Shown here: positions 31,228 through 46,200 of the stretch, in pieces
Position numbering within the stretch: the first letter of the stretch is position 1
Layout of the letters: the number at the start of each line of letters is the position of its first letter
Assembly (NCBI GenBank): GCA_002633005.1
Contig: NMRA01000097.1
Location: 84,978 to 148,977, forward strand
From: Phoronis australis
Taxonomy: Eukaryota; Animalia; Phoronida
DNA length: 64,000 bases
Reading direction: 5' to 3'
Notes under the pieces: generated by a model
Told to the model about the DNA's origin: nothing
What the model saw: only the letters and a program-made list of their open reading frames with translations
Database searches by the model: none
Program-made: the position numbers and the translations under genes

Positions 31228-34200
31228 ATGGCTGGTGAAATGGCAAGTGTTTCGTGTTTACAATCTTGTTTTGGTTTTATTATTTTCTTTGAACACCATC
31301 AGCTAGGCTTATTATTTGGTGTTAGGACAAAATCACACATATATAAACCTTATTTTGAAAATACACATCTGTTCCCTCAACAACTATGCAAGCTGTCTCA
31401 GTTTCACCAGCCTGGATAGCTAGGCGGATAGCTAGGTTGTTTATGACAGTTATTAGTCACAAGGTCGTCATTGCTGGTTTTATGAACGATGTCGCAATTG
31501 ATGTATCGTGTGCTTTTGAGAACTTTTAAACCACAATAGGAGTCGAGGAAAATTAATATGAAGATGTCTGGACAGCACAAGTTATGTTTTCGTAAGCACA
31601 AAAATTCGTGCATTTACAACAGTACTGGAAGAGTGGAGGTAAAAAATGTTGTAGTCGGACTTGGAATTCCGCTTGGAATCAAGATCACTTGTGCATAAAC
31701 TTGGCAAGTTCACTCAATTAATCGCTTTGCGTTTATGTTATAACAACCTGCTAGAGCTCTAAATTAATTCATGTTGTTAATGAAATAATTGAAAGCTTAC
31801 GTAACTGTAACCTAATAAAAAATATCACGTGTCACTTGGAAAAACAGTACTCGTAACCGAAGATGTCTTAGTGAACGTAAATTATACATGAAATTGAGAA
31901 ATCCTTACAGCATTTTTGAGATCGTTTATGTAATGATGGTGGAAAGTTTCACTGAAATTTATGCAGTCTTATTTGAGAATTCGTATTCGTTCAAACAGTG
32001 TCGATCGACTGGAACTAATGGGTTTGAGTTTAATTAAAACAAGAAACTATCCTAATCAGCTGTGTTCATTTTGTTTGTATTACATAAACACATATGAACC
32101 AATCCCAAAGGTGATACCAATGGACCTCAGGAGAGCAATATTGTCCGAGGGCCATATTGGTCATATGGCCTGATATAACTGAAGCATCATTCTATGTAAT
32201 TTCTTTTATTACATGGCTACTGATTCTTCTTTTCTCTCTTTTCATCGTCTCTCACAGTATTAGGATTATCTTGTTGTTACCTGCGTTGATGTAGCGTCTG
32301 CTGTCTTCTCATGGTCAGTGGGTTTGTGGTTCTACACCGTCTGATTAGTCATTTCACAGATAGCAACATGTGACATCCACATTGCATCAATGAAAAATGA
32401 TATGCCTCACTTAGTTGTTCAATATTATATGTTATGTTAGAAGTATGGCATTTCAGCCAATCAACTGACAGAAGTATCAGAGGTCCTGTAATAAAATGTA
32501 TGCTCTGTTCACAAATTGGTTGGCTGCAGTATTGCTTTATTGCATAACATATTTTTTCAGACATTATATGAGCAGGATGGGGTGTTTATACATACAACCA
32601 TTTCAAGTGCTGATGATGATGATGATGATGCCCTTTTAAGTGGAACTGTCTACATGACCAGGAAGGTATAGTGAAATATTGGTCTTCTCTATTAAAGTTG
32701 CATCGTTTTGTCCTAAAATTCCCATCAATTACACGAGGTCCAGATTTTTTCATTGGCAATTGAAGTAATTCTACTAAAATTTAAATTTTTGATTGATGTT
32801 CAAATTATAAGTAAGAGGTAAAACTCACCTAAATTCTTGTAAGCCCATTGGCTGAATTGTAAATGATGTATGTACTATGGCCATCTCAACTTAACAGACA
32901 CCCGAATTTCACATTTCCTCATATTCAATTTATAGCATGTGGTAAATTATTGCAGTTTTGATACTAATGGTGGTCGACTCGAGTGCCTGTCCTATAAGTC
33001 AGTGATCCAAAATATAAAACCTTAAGCATGTCATGTTCATAATGGAAAACATGGTGTTACAGGAAAAAACATTCTAGTGTATTGGACGTAATCTTTTATA
33101 TGGTCATGGTTTACTTACAGGATTTTACGGTAGACTTTCGTAAGTCCATATCCAATTGGTGACAATTTGCATGTAAAGTTGAGAGCCTTTGATTTAAAGA
33201 TGTATTTGCAAGCTCCTAACTATGCTAATGTATAGCAGGAAGTAAACAACAATGCTATTTGAACGCCATTTACGCTAAACAAAGTGCAGTTGTATTCGTT
33301 GACAACTTGTACTTGTGAAAACAAAAAATTCTGCAAATAGGTGACCTTTGCACTAATGAACTAATGACGTACCATGGGTGCTCACTTAACCTGCATAGTG
33401 CAATTCCCCAACACCACGTCATGAAAAGATAGTGACACTGGTCAAAAACATGTACGAAGGAAGTAACTACCGTGTTCTTCATGACGGTGAAATGACAGAC
33501 CCATTTGAAATTAGAACAGGAGTGAAGCAAGGCTGTCTTCTGTCACCTTTTCTTTTCAACCTAGTAATAGACTAGACAATGAGAGAGGTGACAACAGGCA
33601 GAAGAAACGGAATACAGTGGACCCTATGGACACAGCTGTATGACCTGGACTACGCAGATAACATTGCACTACTCTCTCACACAGCAGGCCAAATGTGAAG
33701 GGAAACAGATGAACTGGACAAAACAGCAAGGAAGATTGACCTTGACCTTGTCATCAGCAGTGGAGAGACAAAAATTCTTAACTTAACCCCAGAGACAGAA
33801 ACACCAATTGAAATAAATGGATCAATCCTGGAGGATGTTGAACATTTTACATGCTTTGGCAGCAAGATAGATAAAAAAAGAGGGGACCGAAGCTGACATA
33901 CGAGCAAGAATTGCCAATGCCAGAACTGCATTTTACCATCTAATGAAAGTATGGAAAGCTAGGAAACTCTCGCTGAAAACAAAATTGAGATTGTTCAACT
34001 CAAACGTGAAATCAGTACTGTTATATGGATCAGAGACCTGGACAAACACAAAAACAAACTTCAAGATACTGCAAACTGTTGTCAATTCATGCCTGAGAAA
34101 AATTTTGAGGATACAGTGGCCAGAAAGGATAAGAAATGAAGAATTGTGGGAAAGAACAGGACAGACACCAGTGGAAGAGGAGACCGGCCGAAGGAAATGG

Positions 34201-37200
34201 CGCTGGATTGGACATACACTAAGAAGACCAACAAGTAGCACTTCCAGACTCGCATTAAAGTGGAACCCACAGGGTAAACGAAATAGAGGCAGACCACGAA
34301 TGACCTGGAGAAGATGCATCACCAATGACATAGAGAGGTTAGGATACTCATGGAGACAGCTAGAAGGAATCGCCCAGGACAGAACAAAATGGAAATCTCT
34401 GATTCGTGGCCTATACCCTGGTAGGGGTGACGGGCATTGATGATGACGTCATGATACGTACTGGACACGATTGAGTGATTTACTGAAGATCATTTTCGAC
34501 AAATAACTCATTCGTAGAAACATTGGGCATTTTTCAACCTAGTACTCAGTATTCACATCGTGGCTATATGTTGTGTTTCTAACTAATTTGTCCAACCAAT
34601 TACATGGATAAGGAAGTGGCGTGCAAGTTCCACTGGTCATAAAATGATTTGTTATTTTTTTCTCCTCAACTGTCACTTTCTCTTTTCCTGCCTCAGCCCG
34701 AGGGTGTGTTTGTTGAATGGAAACAGGCCGACAAAAAGCAGTATGACTTGGAAAAGGAAGACGTAGGAAAAGAAGAGTGGGCAATGGTCAACTCGGTTTC
34801 ATTTAAAAGCAGACCCACGGAAGGGGATTCACTTGGTAAGGAAAGATTTTAAGAAGACGCATGTACAATCTTCTACCTTAGTGAACCACATTGGTGTTCT
34901 CACCAGCAACCTTCTTTTTCTCCCGTACTAAATTTGTTATCAATTCTTCTTGTAAACACAATTCCGTTATCACAATCCACTAGTATTTTCTAATGAACAA
35001 CACTGCCTTTTCACAAACAACAAACAATTCTTTATGTAAATCTTGAACGGGCATGGAAATGTAGATTGCAAACATTTTTAAGTCTGGTCAACATGCCACC
35101 TGTTGGTCACATTTCATGACCTAACGAATATAAGTCTGAAATGTTTTCTGCCCCATCCGGGTTTTGAACCCGGAACCGTCTACCAACAGTACAGCCTGTC
35201 TAGTCCACTGAGCCATTGGGACACTCTGATGCCCTTTACTAAGTCTGGATTTCTGTATTCGACCAGTGTCCCGTCCCAATGTCCTCGTTTAAGAGGATTT
35301 CCTCTTTTTCGGTTTCGATTTCGTCTTACTTTGATTTCAAGTTTCCTCTTTTCTCGTTTCTGTTTTATCATTGTTTTGATTTAATTCATGTAAAAACGTT
35401 TAAATCAGTTAAATTTTACAACACAAAAATGTTTCTATCACACAAGCTTATTTAATTGTGGAACAATGTGTCACCTGGAAAATTTCCTCTTTTTGTTAAT
35501 TGGTCATTCCTAGCCCTGGTCCCAGCTACGATTCTTGGTTGGGGCAGAAATCTTTTCAGACTTATATTTATTAGGTTACATGATGTGGCCAACAGGTGGT
35601 GTGCTGACCTGACTTAAAAATGTTTGCAAAAAACAATTTCTTGTTGGAAAAAATGCTACACATGTCAAAAGAAGGATGGTCATAAAAAGTGTGTTCTTTT
35701 TTAGCCTATACCACGAGTTATATTAAATGATCATCAACGAAAGCTAGATCAAAGGAAGAATATATTTGACTGAGATGTGAAAATGTACTGAAATTGTTAT
35801 TAAAAAATTGGCAAATTTATCTTACTAAACCATCCCTATTCCCCATAATCATTGTGGCTTTAAGTTGTGTAGGAAATTGTTGGTCGGAGTTGTATGAAAC
35901 TTTCATGCATTGTTCTTCAAAACTCTATTTTTGAAATTTTCACTTTTGCACCAGACGCTATAAAAATAGCACTAATGTAATTTTTGTGAAAAAAACATTA
36001 AAGTTGCATAAAACAAAATCCAACGATAATTCGGAAAACTAACAGTATTCTGAGATGTTGTCCTGAACATTAATGTCATATAAAATTTGCTCATGTTATT
36101 GATCCTGTTGTTTTGATATGAATTTACTTGTTTTTGACTAAATTTTACTAAAAAGCATGGTCATATGAACCAATTAATGGCATAGTGGTCTAAAGTCAAA
36201 AATTGTATTTTATGAAATTTCTATTTACAGAACAGATACACTTTTGCTGTGTTACATTCTATACTGTATTTAGCTAAATGTGCAGAGTTGTCGGTAATTT
36301 CGTACATAACCTGTTTTAGAAGGCGTTTTATATTTTAACCTCCAGATGCTGTCAAAATCAACACGCCCAAGAGACACAAATACATCGTCAACTTTGACAT
36401 CAATGATCTGAAGAGCTTCAAACGCTCGGCGCCAGGTTACGGCTGGAGTTACCTTGTATTTATCCTGAAAGACGGCACTACGTACCCAGCGCTGCACTTC
36501 CACCATGGTGGCAGCAAGGCGCTGGTACGACAGCTGGGAAAATTCACTCGCATTCAACAGTGAGTGAGCTCTCTTCCTATGTTTCTCTGAGATAAAACTC
36601 AGTGCGATGCCAGAGTTCAACTTGTGAACATCATTTTTGACAGAGATACAATTTATCGTGGCGGACGCAATGTTAACAGCGCATGTGCCTTGTTGGGTGC
36701 ATGAACTTGTTGGAGCTCTTTGATCTCATACCCTTTTTACAACCAGCATCTTTAAAGCTTTTATCCTCCGTCTACCACACATGGATAAATAACAGCCTCC
36801 ATAAATCTGTTTGTAGTGTTAGGCGCTATACAAGGCTGTAATGGGTTAGAAAGTTATTGGTTATGTTCAGTTCTGGTTCGAGCCATAGCAATCGCATCAA
36901 ACTTGTTCACTTTTGGTTATTGCTGCAAAAATATTAAGTAAATCTTTTGTTTGGAAACTTTTGATTGAGATCATTGAAAAGTATCAAGTGCACCTTTTTG
37001 TTATTGAAAATTTGTTTATGAATGATTGAATCAATAAGTTGTCATTTTTTTGATCACAAAAAAGAAAGAGTGATGTAATATTTGCTCTTAGTCATAACCT
37101 AAAATTCATTATCGACCTAGTATAGGTAATTTTCTACTTATTCAACACACTTACCTCGCTCACCCAAAATTATTTGTGAAAATAATATTTTACCCCTCAA

Positions 37201-40200
37201 TTATTTTGCTCGAGGCTATTTTGTGGCAAATTCTTACGCACAGTTTTTCAACACAAAGCCCAGTAGTAATGCACACCTCTTTAACTGTGTTAGTATGGTC
37301 CAAACATTGTACGCTTACCACTTCATCCATCCATTTGAATATGGTATATCTCACGATATTGTTAAATATGAGGTGAAAGGGGCAACCTGGATGAGCGTGG
37401 TGTCACTCAGTCATATGCTCATAAAGAGTGTTTCACAAAAGATGGGGTAAAGTGCTCTTATGTTGTGACGGGATAAAGTAACTATGTTAATTGTTTCACG
37501 TTGGCAACCTGTAGGCAGCATTTTGTTGAAGTCTCCCGTGGACAGTTTTCTATGTTTGGTTACTCACTTAATTTCGCACACCTGTCGACTACAAAGTCTG
37601 TATACTCAGTTCATTTTGCACACCTTGACTGTCTGGAAACATTATGTAATTTATTTGGCAGTTAGTGGAAAATTGCTGTAATGATATTTGTGCTCGTCGC
37701 CCCGGAGCCATCGGGTCCACAGCAGACCTCTGACCACGTAATTTCGGGTCCCCGTTCCAGTCATAGTACCATTTTCTTTGAAATCGTTTTGCGTTTCTTT
37801 TAGTTCCCACATAATACTTGAAATTCGCTCATTTCCTTTTGTGTGTGGACCGTGGACGGATTGTGTTCTAGAATGCACTTGCATTGTTACCTTTAGTTTC
37901 TTTCCAGTAGTGAAAATGTGACTGTGGAAGACATTGTTTCTTAGTTATTTTTCAGAAATTATGGTTATGTGGACCATGAGACCAAATTTCTTGTTTAAGT
38001 CTTAAAGTCGCTTTTCATGAAACAGACCCTTGGGATCCACATAACTATTTCGGAAAGAAATTAAATCTCACATGAGCAAAAGTACAAAGTCTCTGAGCAT
38101 GTATGCATAACTGCTGTTTACTGTGATATATTCTACAAACTATTTCTTGACTGATGTTTTCATAATTATTTGGTTATTAACTTTTTTCAGCAATTATGAA
38201 TACCAAGGTTCTGTCTCGAGTCACTTTTCTTGAAACAGACCCCTGGTGCCACCCAGGGACCTCTTTCTTCTGGACAAATTTAGATAGCTTGTAGTTTATT
38301 GCGTACTAGTACTCATTAGTAAGGTATAGTTTCTATTGAGGTCCTTTTTCTAATTAAAAAGAAGTTTCAACAACCCATCCCCCCAGTGTAAGGTGGTGAC
38401 AAATCTTGGAATTGAAGGTGTGCTTTATTTGCAGATCTGCCAATGATCATCGACTGTTTATTGTGAAAGACCACGACCCTGGTGCCTTGTCGAAATCATT
38501 TGATGAACTGAATCTCTTTGGAGAATCATCTCAAGACTTAGTCTCTGTAATTTATACGTTTTTGATTATTGTAACGTTTTATTGTTAATATTTGTTATTT
38601 TTTATTAGAAAGTTTTCATTTCAAACTTCTAGTATGTATCTTAATGCTTAGTTGTTTTGCTATCGTGTTTCAGGCCAGAAACCAAGAAATTTTTGTTTGT
38701 TTTATTCATTTATGGTAAAATCTTGCCAATTTTGGACAAAATAATTGTCAAAATTGCAGTTTTCTCATTTTTCAAGTGGAGCTTCCCTGGAAGCATGGCT
38801 GAGAATGTCCACAACTTTTTTTAAAATATTGTTTGTTGGTAGCTATGGTAGAGAACTGGGATATGGCAAAGTGTCATTCTGGTACTGTGTATCATTTATG
38901 AAATAACAAGAAAATATAGTTTCACCTGAGCACCATATTGTGTCCTAAATTGCAGAGATGTTACCTAATTTTTAGATCTGATGATAACGTTAGTTAAGCA
39001 AAGCATCTTTCTGACTTTGGCCAAGTATTCACAGTTGTTTCCTAAGGTTTGGCTAACAAGCCAAATCAGGTTTTCTATTTTCTCTGCATGGGTGGTTTCA
39101 TGTTTTCTTGTGCAATTTTGCAGAAATTTTTTGACAACCCATATGCGTCGACGTTGACTGGATTTTCCAAGGTGACTAACTTTCTAAAAGATGCGCTGTT
39201 AATCAGTGAAGCACCTAAAGAACGACCCCGCGACCTTGTGGCGCCTGTATTTGACACAGAAGTGCAAGGCATTAATCAACAGAGTGAAGCTGGATTTGAA
39301 GTCATAACTAAGGTATTCAATGGAAGAAACTGGTAAAGCTATAAGCTAGATAAATGTACTGTGTACTTAATGTGTGGGTCCATGCTTGGGGACTTTGGTT
39401 CAAAACTAATCAAATTCCATATGTAATTAAACAGAGTTTACGTTGTGATTAAATATCCAAATTTCTTAACAAATTATTGTAAAATTCAAGAAATGCATGG
39501 TTTTAAGTGTAATTTTTGATGATTACACTTTAAAGCACATAACTGGATCGAGAAATTTGACAAACAAATTCAATCTTCTATTTTTGTCTTGCTTGACACA
39601 TGCAGCTTATGATTTCAACAGACTATTTTTGTTTCTTGGTTTATAATGTTCAGATTAATATACACAGTGTTGATTAAAACAGTTCTGTTTAGCCCATTGC
39701 AAAGCCTTTAGGACAGCCATTCAGACTAATATTGCTGTCATCGATTATCTGGTGGGCAGCTAACAGACATCATTTCTAAAAGCAGCTTTGATGTCGAGTT
39801 GGCAGTCATGTGATCAACTGAAAGTTGAGTGTACCTCAAAGGCAGTGGTCACTTCTTGAGATACCACAGTGCCCTCTGTGGTTCTGCTGTGCTTACCCAC
39901 ATTGCTGCTCAACAGTAGGGCACTCATCCCACTGCTGCCAAGATGATCACCATTTTGTAGTGAAATTGTTTTGACATTCGTCATTCTATCGTTTTACTGT
40001 TCCACAATGAATTGCAATGTTGACATAAAAATTGGGAAGCTGGGTGGGACACAACTAATCATTCTTTCCTGTGCTTTTTCAGCTTAGAAACCTCGAGGCC
40101 CCTCATTACGCTCTCCCGTATTTAAAGTTCACAAACATTTCTTAAGGGTATTAAGATCATTCAGATAAGGATCCTATTGGTCAGTCAAACGCACTCATTG

Positions 40201-43200
40201 TGTTGCCAACAGTCGGTCTTTAACACTGATATTCATTTTTGTTGCTTAATCCTAAACACAAGAAACTGATCATAAAACTCCAGGTGCTATGGAATGCAGC
40301 TGTTGAAATTGCAGCCAATGAAATACATTCAACTTGATATTTGGAAAATGGGTATGTAGGTTGACCTAATGTGACCTTTTAAAAACAGTCACACAATCGG
40401 TGTTTTACCTCCAGGACAGTTGAATCCAGAACCTTCATCTTGTTCTTATCGTGTTGTTTGACACTGCTTCATGTGTTCTTCAGGTTGAGCTTCCTGCTAG
40501 GGGTGAGGTAAAGCGTGGGTCACCCCTGACCCTGCAGCAGTGGAATGAATTCAAGGATGATGAGGGGAGGATAACAAATGTTGACGAGATAAAACAGATC
40601 ATCTTCAGAGGGGTGAGTTCTTGGGATACTTTTGTTTATTTATTTTTACTAATTGTACTGTTACTGGTATAAGCCCATGTGCTTGTGAGAAGCTCCAAAA
40701 ATGTTGGGTGAGATTATTGCCAGTTGGGCTTATGTTGAACATTCATGTAGGAGGCCATGGACAGCTTGTATCACATGTTTACAAGTAAACACCTGGAGGG
40801 GAATCACGCGCTCACTGACCTGCCTAACACAGCTTGCAACGTATGAGTGCTGTCAGAAGCTGTTTTTTTCTAGGCTGTTTTACGCTAACCTGCTTGGTGA
40901 CCAGCTGCGAGTTAGACATAATTAAGGTCGATTTGACGCGCATTGAGAAGTCAGAGGCGTGTTTATGTATACCTGAGTTGTGGACTTGCACACGAAAAAA
41001 ATGGATGCTGGTTTATATTCTAGTTGTTTGACTTATTTGTGAGAATATCCCAAAAGTGGTGTTTGGTTTATATGTGGGGGTGGGTTATTTATACCAGAGT
41101 GGAAACTGTAAACTGGGAGTGACCTCTGTTGGTTACTTATGAAATGTTAATATTTGATTTGTAATACGTTTTGTTTGGTGAGACTCTGAAAATAAAGAAG
41201 GGTCATCTCTGATGTGTGTACACAAAGTGATTTGAATGTTATACAATCAATTGTAGGGCTTAGCTGACAACATCTTGCGTGCAGAAGTGTGGAAGTTTCT
41301 TCTAGGTTATTACAAATGGGACTCCACCACAAAAGAGCGAGAAAAGGACCGAAAACAGAGGGTGTAAGTGTGTTATTGTTTCGACTGTTTGGGGTTCTTA
41401 AATTACCGCGGTTGTTTGGATAACCTTGCAAATTTTTTAATAATTAGTATTGATTATGTTCGTCTTATTAATGCTTTCACCCGGATTTTTTGTCAGTGTC
41501 CAAAGCATTCACTGAACATTTTGTTTTTGTGTTTGCAAGTATATACTTTGTTTGGATTTTCTTTGTATTTTCTGCTTTTATGTCTCAGTATTTTGTGTTG
41601 TTTGAGTGGAAGCTTAGCAACTTGATGTTTAAAATTAGTATGTTCCTGTGCCTGGACTTTGACATATTGAATGCATTGTTCAGAGGCAGTGCAATATATG
41701 TAGTTCGATAAACCTGTTAGGTAACCAAGACTTTTAATGAAGGGTCATTCTTTTTCTGCAGGGATGACTATTTTCGAATGAAACTGCAGTGGAAATCAGT
41801 AACACCTGATCAGGAGAGGAGATTCTTTGTGATGAAAGACCGAAAGGCATTGATAGGTGTGTGAATTATTTCATGCCAGTTCAAGGTTAATTGAATTGAT
41901 GAGTGCCTGCATGTTACTGAAGGTGTAGGACCCTAGAAAAATGGCCAAATCTGGCTAACTTTGGAACATTAAAAATCAGAAATGACTGATCATATTCATT
42001 GGAAACTTTCAGTTACTATGCTTTATGCGCTGTTCTCAAAAACGCTGTCAGGCATTGTTTTAAAGTGTTCCATTTTTTGCGTGAGATGCTGTCAAAAATA
42101 GGACTTCATGATTTTCATGCAAAATCTTAAAGTTGCATAAAAAGTTAAAATAAAGCAATGTTTTAGAAAACTGCAGTGTTTTTTGATATCTTATACTGAA
42201 CATTTGTATCATATTAAATATAATGATGTTATTGATATGGCTGTTTTGCTATCAGTGTACTTTGCTAAATTTTACTAAAACGACATGGTCACGTGACCCA
42301 ATTAATAACAGATTGGTTAAAAGTCATGAATCAAATTGTACGGGATGCCTGCTTTCAGAAAATATATACTTTTACTGGCAGTGTTAAAATCCACAGTTTT
42401 CTAGACATTTTGTTAATTGTGCAGACTTGTGCTATTAATAGAACATTTCCTTCTCGCCACCTTCAAAAGCTGGTTGTTCACTCATACATAAAGTGTGATT
42501 CTTAGTGTTGTGATTAGCATAATGGTAATATTTTGTCAAAATTCCAAGCAACTGCCTTCATTTCCACTTGCATTACAACCCCTTCTTTAGTATAGGGTGT
42601 CCACCTAACAGACATATTGTTAACTTTTCTGTCCACCTAATACTAGCAGACAGGATGTTGACTTGTCTGTCCACCTAACACCAGCAGACAGGATGTTGAC
42701 TTTTCTGTTCACGTAATGCTGGGATCCTTTTTCAGATAAGGATGTGATGAGGACAGACCGCATTGAGGCGTACTACCAGGGAGCATCCAACCCACATCTA
42801 CAGGTGCTCAATGATATCCTGATGACATATTGCATGTACAACTTTGACTTAGGTAATTACTGGACAATGTTTTTTGTATTTAGAATGATTGTTAGTGTTA
42901 AGATATATGAGCATTGGGTACATCTTAATTTGCACAATGGTTTTGTTGACTTACTATTAGTAAGATAATGAAAATTGAACTACTCCAGCCTGTAGAAATT
43001 AAAAGGTTTCTGTGACTGTTGCAGTTTTAAAGACTGTTGTAGAAGTATCATGAAAGGCAAGCTGAACGTGTTGGTGATTTTTCAAAACATTGACGAGCAA
43101 AGTTGGAAAAATAGTTGTGAAAATATAATCTAAGATATATTTAACCACAATAGTGTGCCTGGTGCTGTGTGATAAGCAGTGACAATATGGGTTTGCTTAA

Positions 43201-46200
43201 CAAATTGGTAAGATATGTGCCTGTGTACACAGATTCATTTTGAAGACCAGAATTTGACCTTCTCTGGAACCTCTGATTTTGTATTAAAACACCCTTGGAC
43301 ATTTTCTCAACCTTCAAATGATGTCACAATGAATATAACGCCAAGCCCTGTATTGAGTAAATTTGATATTGGCATGCTGGGTTAGTCTCACAGTTAATAG
43401 TTAAAGGGGACTGAGCTTCATTTAAAATTCTGTTTCCTTTTCTCAGGCTATGTACAAGGCATGAGTGATCTGTTGTCCCCCATTTTGGTCCTCATGGACA
43501 ATGAGGTGGATGCCTTTTGGTGCTTCTCTGGGTTTATGGACATGGTGGTAAGGCTTCCAGGAGATTTTGTATTTTAGTTGTGATGTAGCCTGTATAATAT
43601 GGACATGCTAGTAAGACTACCTGAAGATGGTGTGTTGTTGTTGTAATATAGACAGTTGTGAACATGGTGGTAAAGCTGCTGTGAGATACTACATTGTAGT
43701 TGTGATATTGGTAGTTTACTATGGACATGATGGTAAGGCTTCCAGGAGATATTGTATTGTATTTGTGATATAGACAGCATGTTATGTACACGATTGATCA
43801 AATCTCTGTCTTAAGTCTTCAATCACTGTATGTAACAGACCTGTTATCATGCCCATCTATTTATTCATCTAGATTTATTGAAATATAGTCACTCTGCAAT
43901 GTTACTCCTTTCAGTGCATCAGTTGTAGCATTTATTTATTTTTAATTGTTTTGTCATTTCCAGGTAGCGTTTGATCTGTAAGTTTAAACAAATTTTCTCT
44001 TGAATTTCAGGAGGTCAACTTTGAGCTGAGTCAACAGGGGATGAAAACACAACTGTCTCAAATACACACTCTCCTGAGATTTGTGGACCCTCAGCTGTAC
44101 AACTATCTAGGTGATTAATAATTAAAGAGGAGTTTTGATAAGACGTGACTTGATTAGTTATGCTTTATCAACCGTAAGCTAATTAAAGCGACTTTAAATC
44201 TGCATTCCATCAAAAGAACTAACTTTTGATTAAGACCACTTATCGCAGTAAAATTGATCTCTGCGTTCCTTGCTCAGGTGAGAAATGATTATTGTTGAAC
44301 TGACTATTCATTACCGCTTAAGATGATGCTTGGCAAATAAAATGACACACCGTGACAAGTCACCTTGTAGAGCTCGTTCCCATGTAATAATGTACTATCA
44401 GTTCTTTCCAAGTCCAAAAATCACATGTTTTGGCTAGGGAACAATGGAGACCACTTTCATAAGAGTAAATTTTCTTCATCAAAGAGTTTTTTTGGTTGAA
44501 GGTGAGCTTATTGTCGCTTTAACAAAATTATTGCAATGTTTGGAAGACATTGCTAATGAATAAACGATGTTTGTAAATTGTGAAGTTGCATTTTTAACAA
44601 TTCACATTTAAAGAATTAAATAACTAATCACAAGGCATGTTGTGCTGATTGTGTACTATAAACAGGCATCTGAGCATATTCTCAGAATGGCATTTTGCTG
44701 CCAGTTTTGTCAAGCTGAAACTTCCATCCATCTTAAAAACTTCCTCCTTGATAATGTCTTAAAGCCACTATTTATCTTGTTACCGTGCTAACAACCTCAA
44801 TCTTCCTCACTGTTGTTGTACTTGTTGTTCCTAAGCAACGTCATGTTCTTGTCCTATGTTTGAATTGTAATTGGTTGCAATAAATCACCTGATGATCAAA
44901 CTCTCTTGGCACCCCGTCATGGCCAGCAGCACAATGGGCATGGTCTGAAGCAAATAATGGCCTGTCAGGCCTTCCAAAGCCTAGATACTATTTGTAATTT
45001 GAGTAACTAAAAATGAGATCGATTTTATAACAGTACGTGACCTGCACAGTAAGTCGGTGTCTGATAAAAAACGGTTTATTACACCTTTAACTATGTTCAC
45101 AATTGTCTATTACAGAGAGCCACGACTCAAGCAACATGTTTTTCTGTTTCCGATGGTTGCTCATTATATTCAAGAGAGAGTTCAACTTTCCAGACATAAT
45201 GAGATTGTGGGAGGTATGTATTATTTGTAGAGCTGAGAAAATGACTTTCAGTAAAGCCCCATTGTGCGCAATTTCGATGATGGAATTTCAATTCGTGGTG
45301 AACTATCATATCACAGAATCTATCCCATACAGGCTTTTGAACAGCTGCGTAAAATTTCGGGTACTAACTTGGTTAAAGATTCTGTAAACGTTTTTGGTCA
45401 AAAATGGGGGAGAACATCGTTTCAGCGCATTTGTGTAGAGTGACATTAGTTACCATTGGGTGGAAACTTTAATTTTTGATTTGTTAAGGCGACTTACCTC
45501 TTTAGTTTCTACAATGAGATACCCAGTCGTAAAGTAGTTCAATTTCAATTAATTTTGACCATAGTGATTGTGCTGCATGGGGCATCAATGAATGATGTTT
45601 TCCAGTTCTTATGCATACGCCTTTTGGTGTGACTGTCCTATTCCAACGCTTACTGCTCATAGACGTATACAGCAATCTGTAAAAGCTATCAAGCTAACAA
45701 AAATGAAACCTGAAAAGTAGGACCGCTTAGAAATTTAAGGGACGTGCCCTCCTGCTAATTGTCAAGGTTACTCAACATCCCAAAATATGGGAAAATTATA
45801 CGGAATACAAACGAACGGAGAGATTTTATCTGACTCGTCCGATGAGCCAAGACCACAAATCAGAATTATGGTAATTTTTCAATTATTTAATGCACACTAT
45901 GGTCGACACGTGAAATTTTTCGTTAAATTTCTCCACCGAAATTAAGATTAAGGGTATTTTATTCAATTACATGGCATGGATTATAATGTGTAGATGTCAT
46001 GAAACAACATTTGCTGAAACTTTCATTATTTGCAAGACTGCAATCATCATACCCTTGAGGACTTTGAGGAAGTAGAAAAAAGTGTCAAAAGTTTTTTTGG
46101 TTTTGACCGAGTTGTCTTACTCTTGCATCGTATTTATGACAGGTGGTCGTATTATTCCTTTTGAGTTTGGAAGCTAATTACTGTTATGGCAAAGAAACTT

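Noticed and set aside
33677-34331. Minus-strand ORFs
   Set aside because: Antisense shadows of the RTE LINE.
35157-35224. tRNA gene
   Set aside because: A/B boxes are present but no complete cloverleaf; it is embedded in a repeat.
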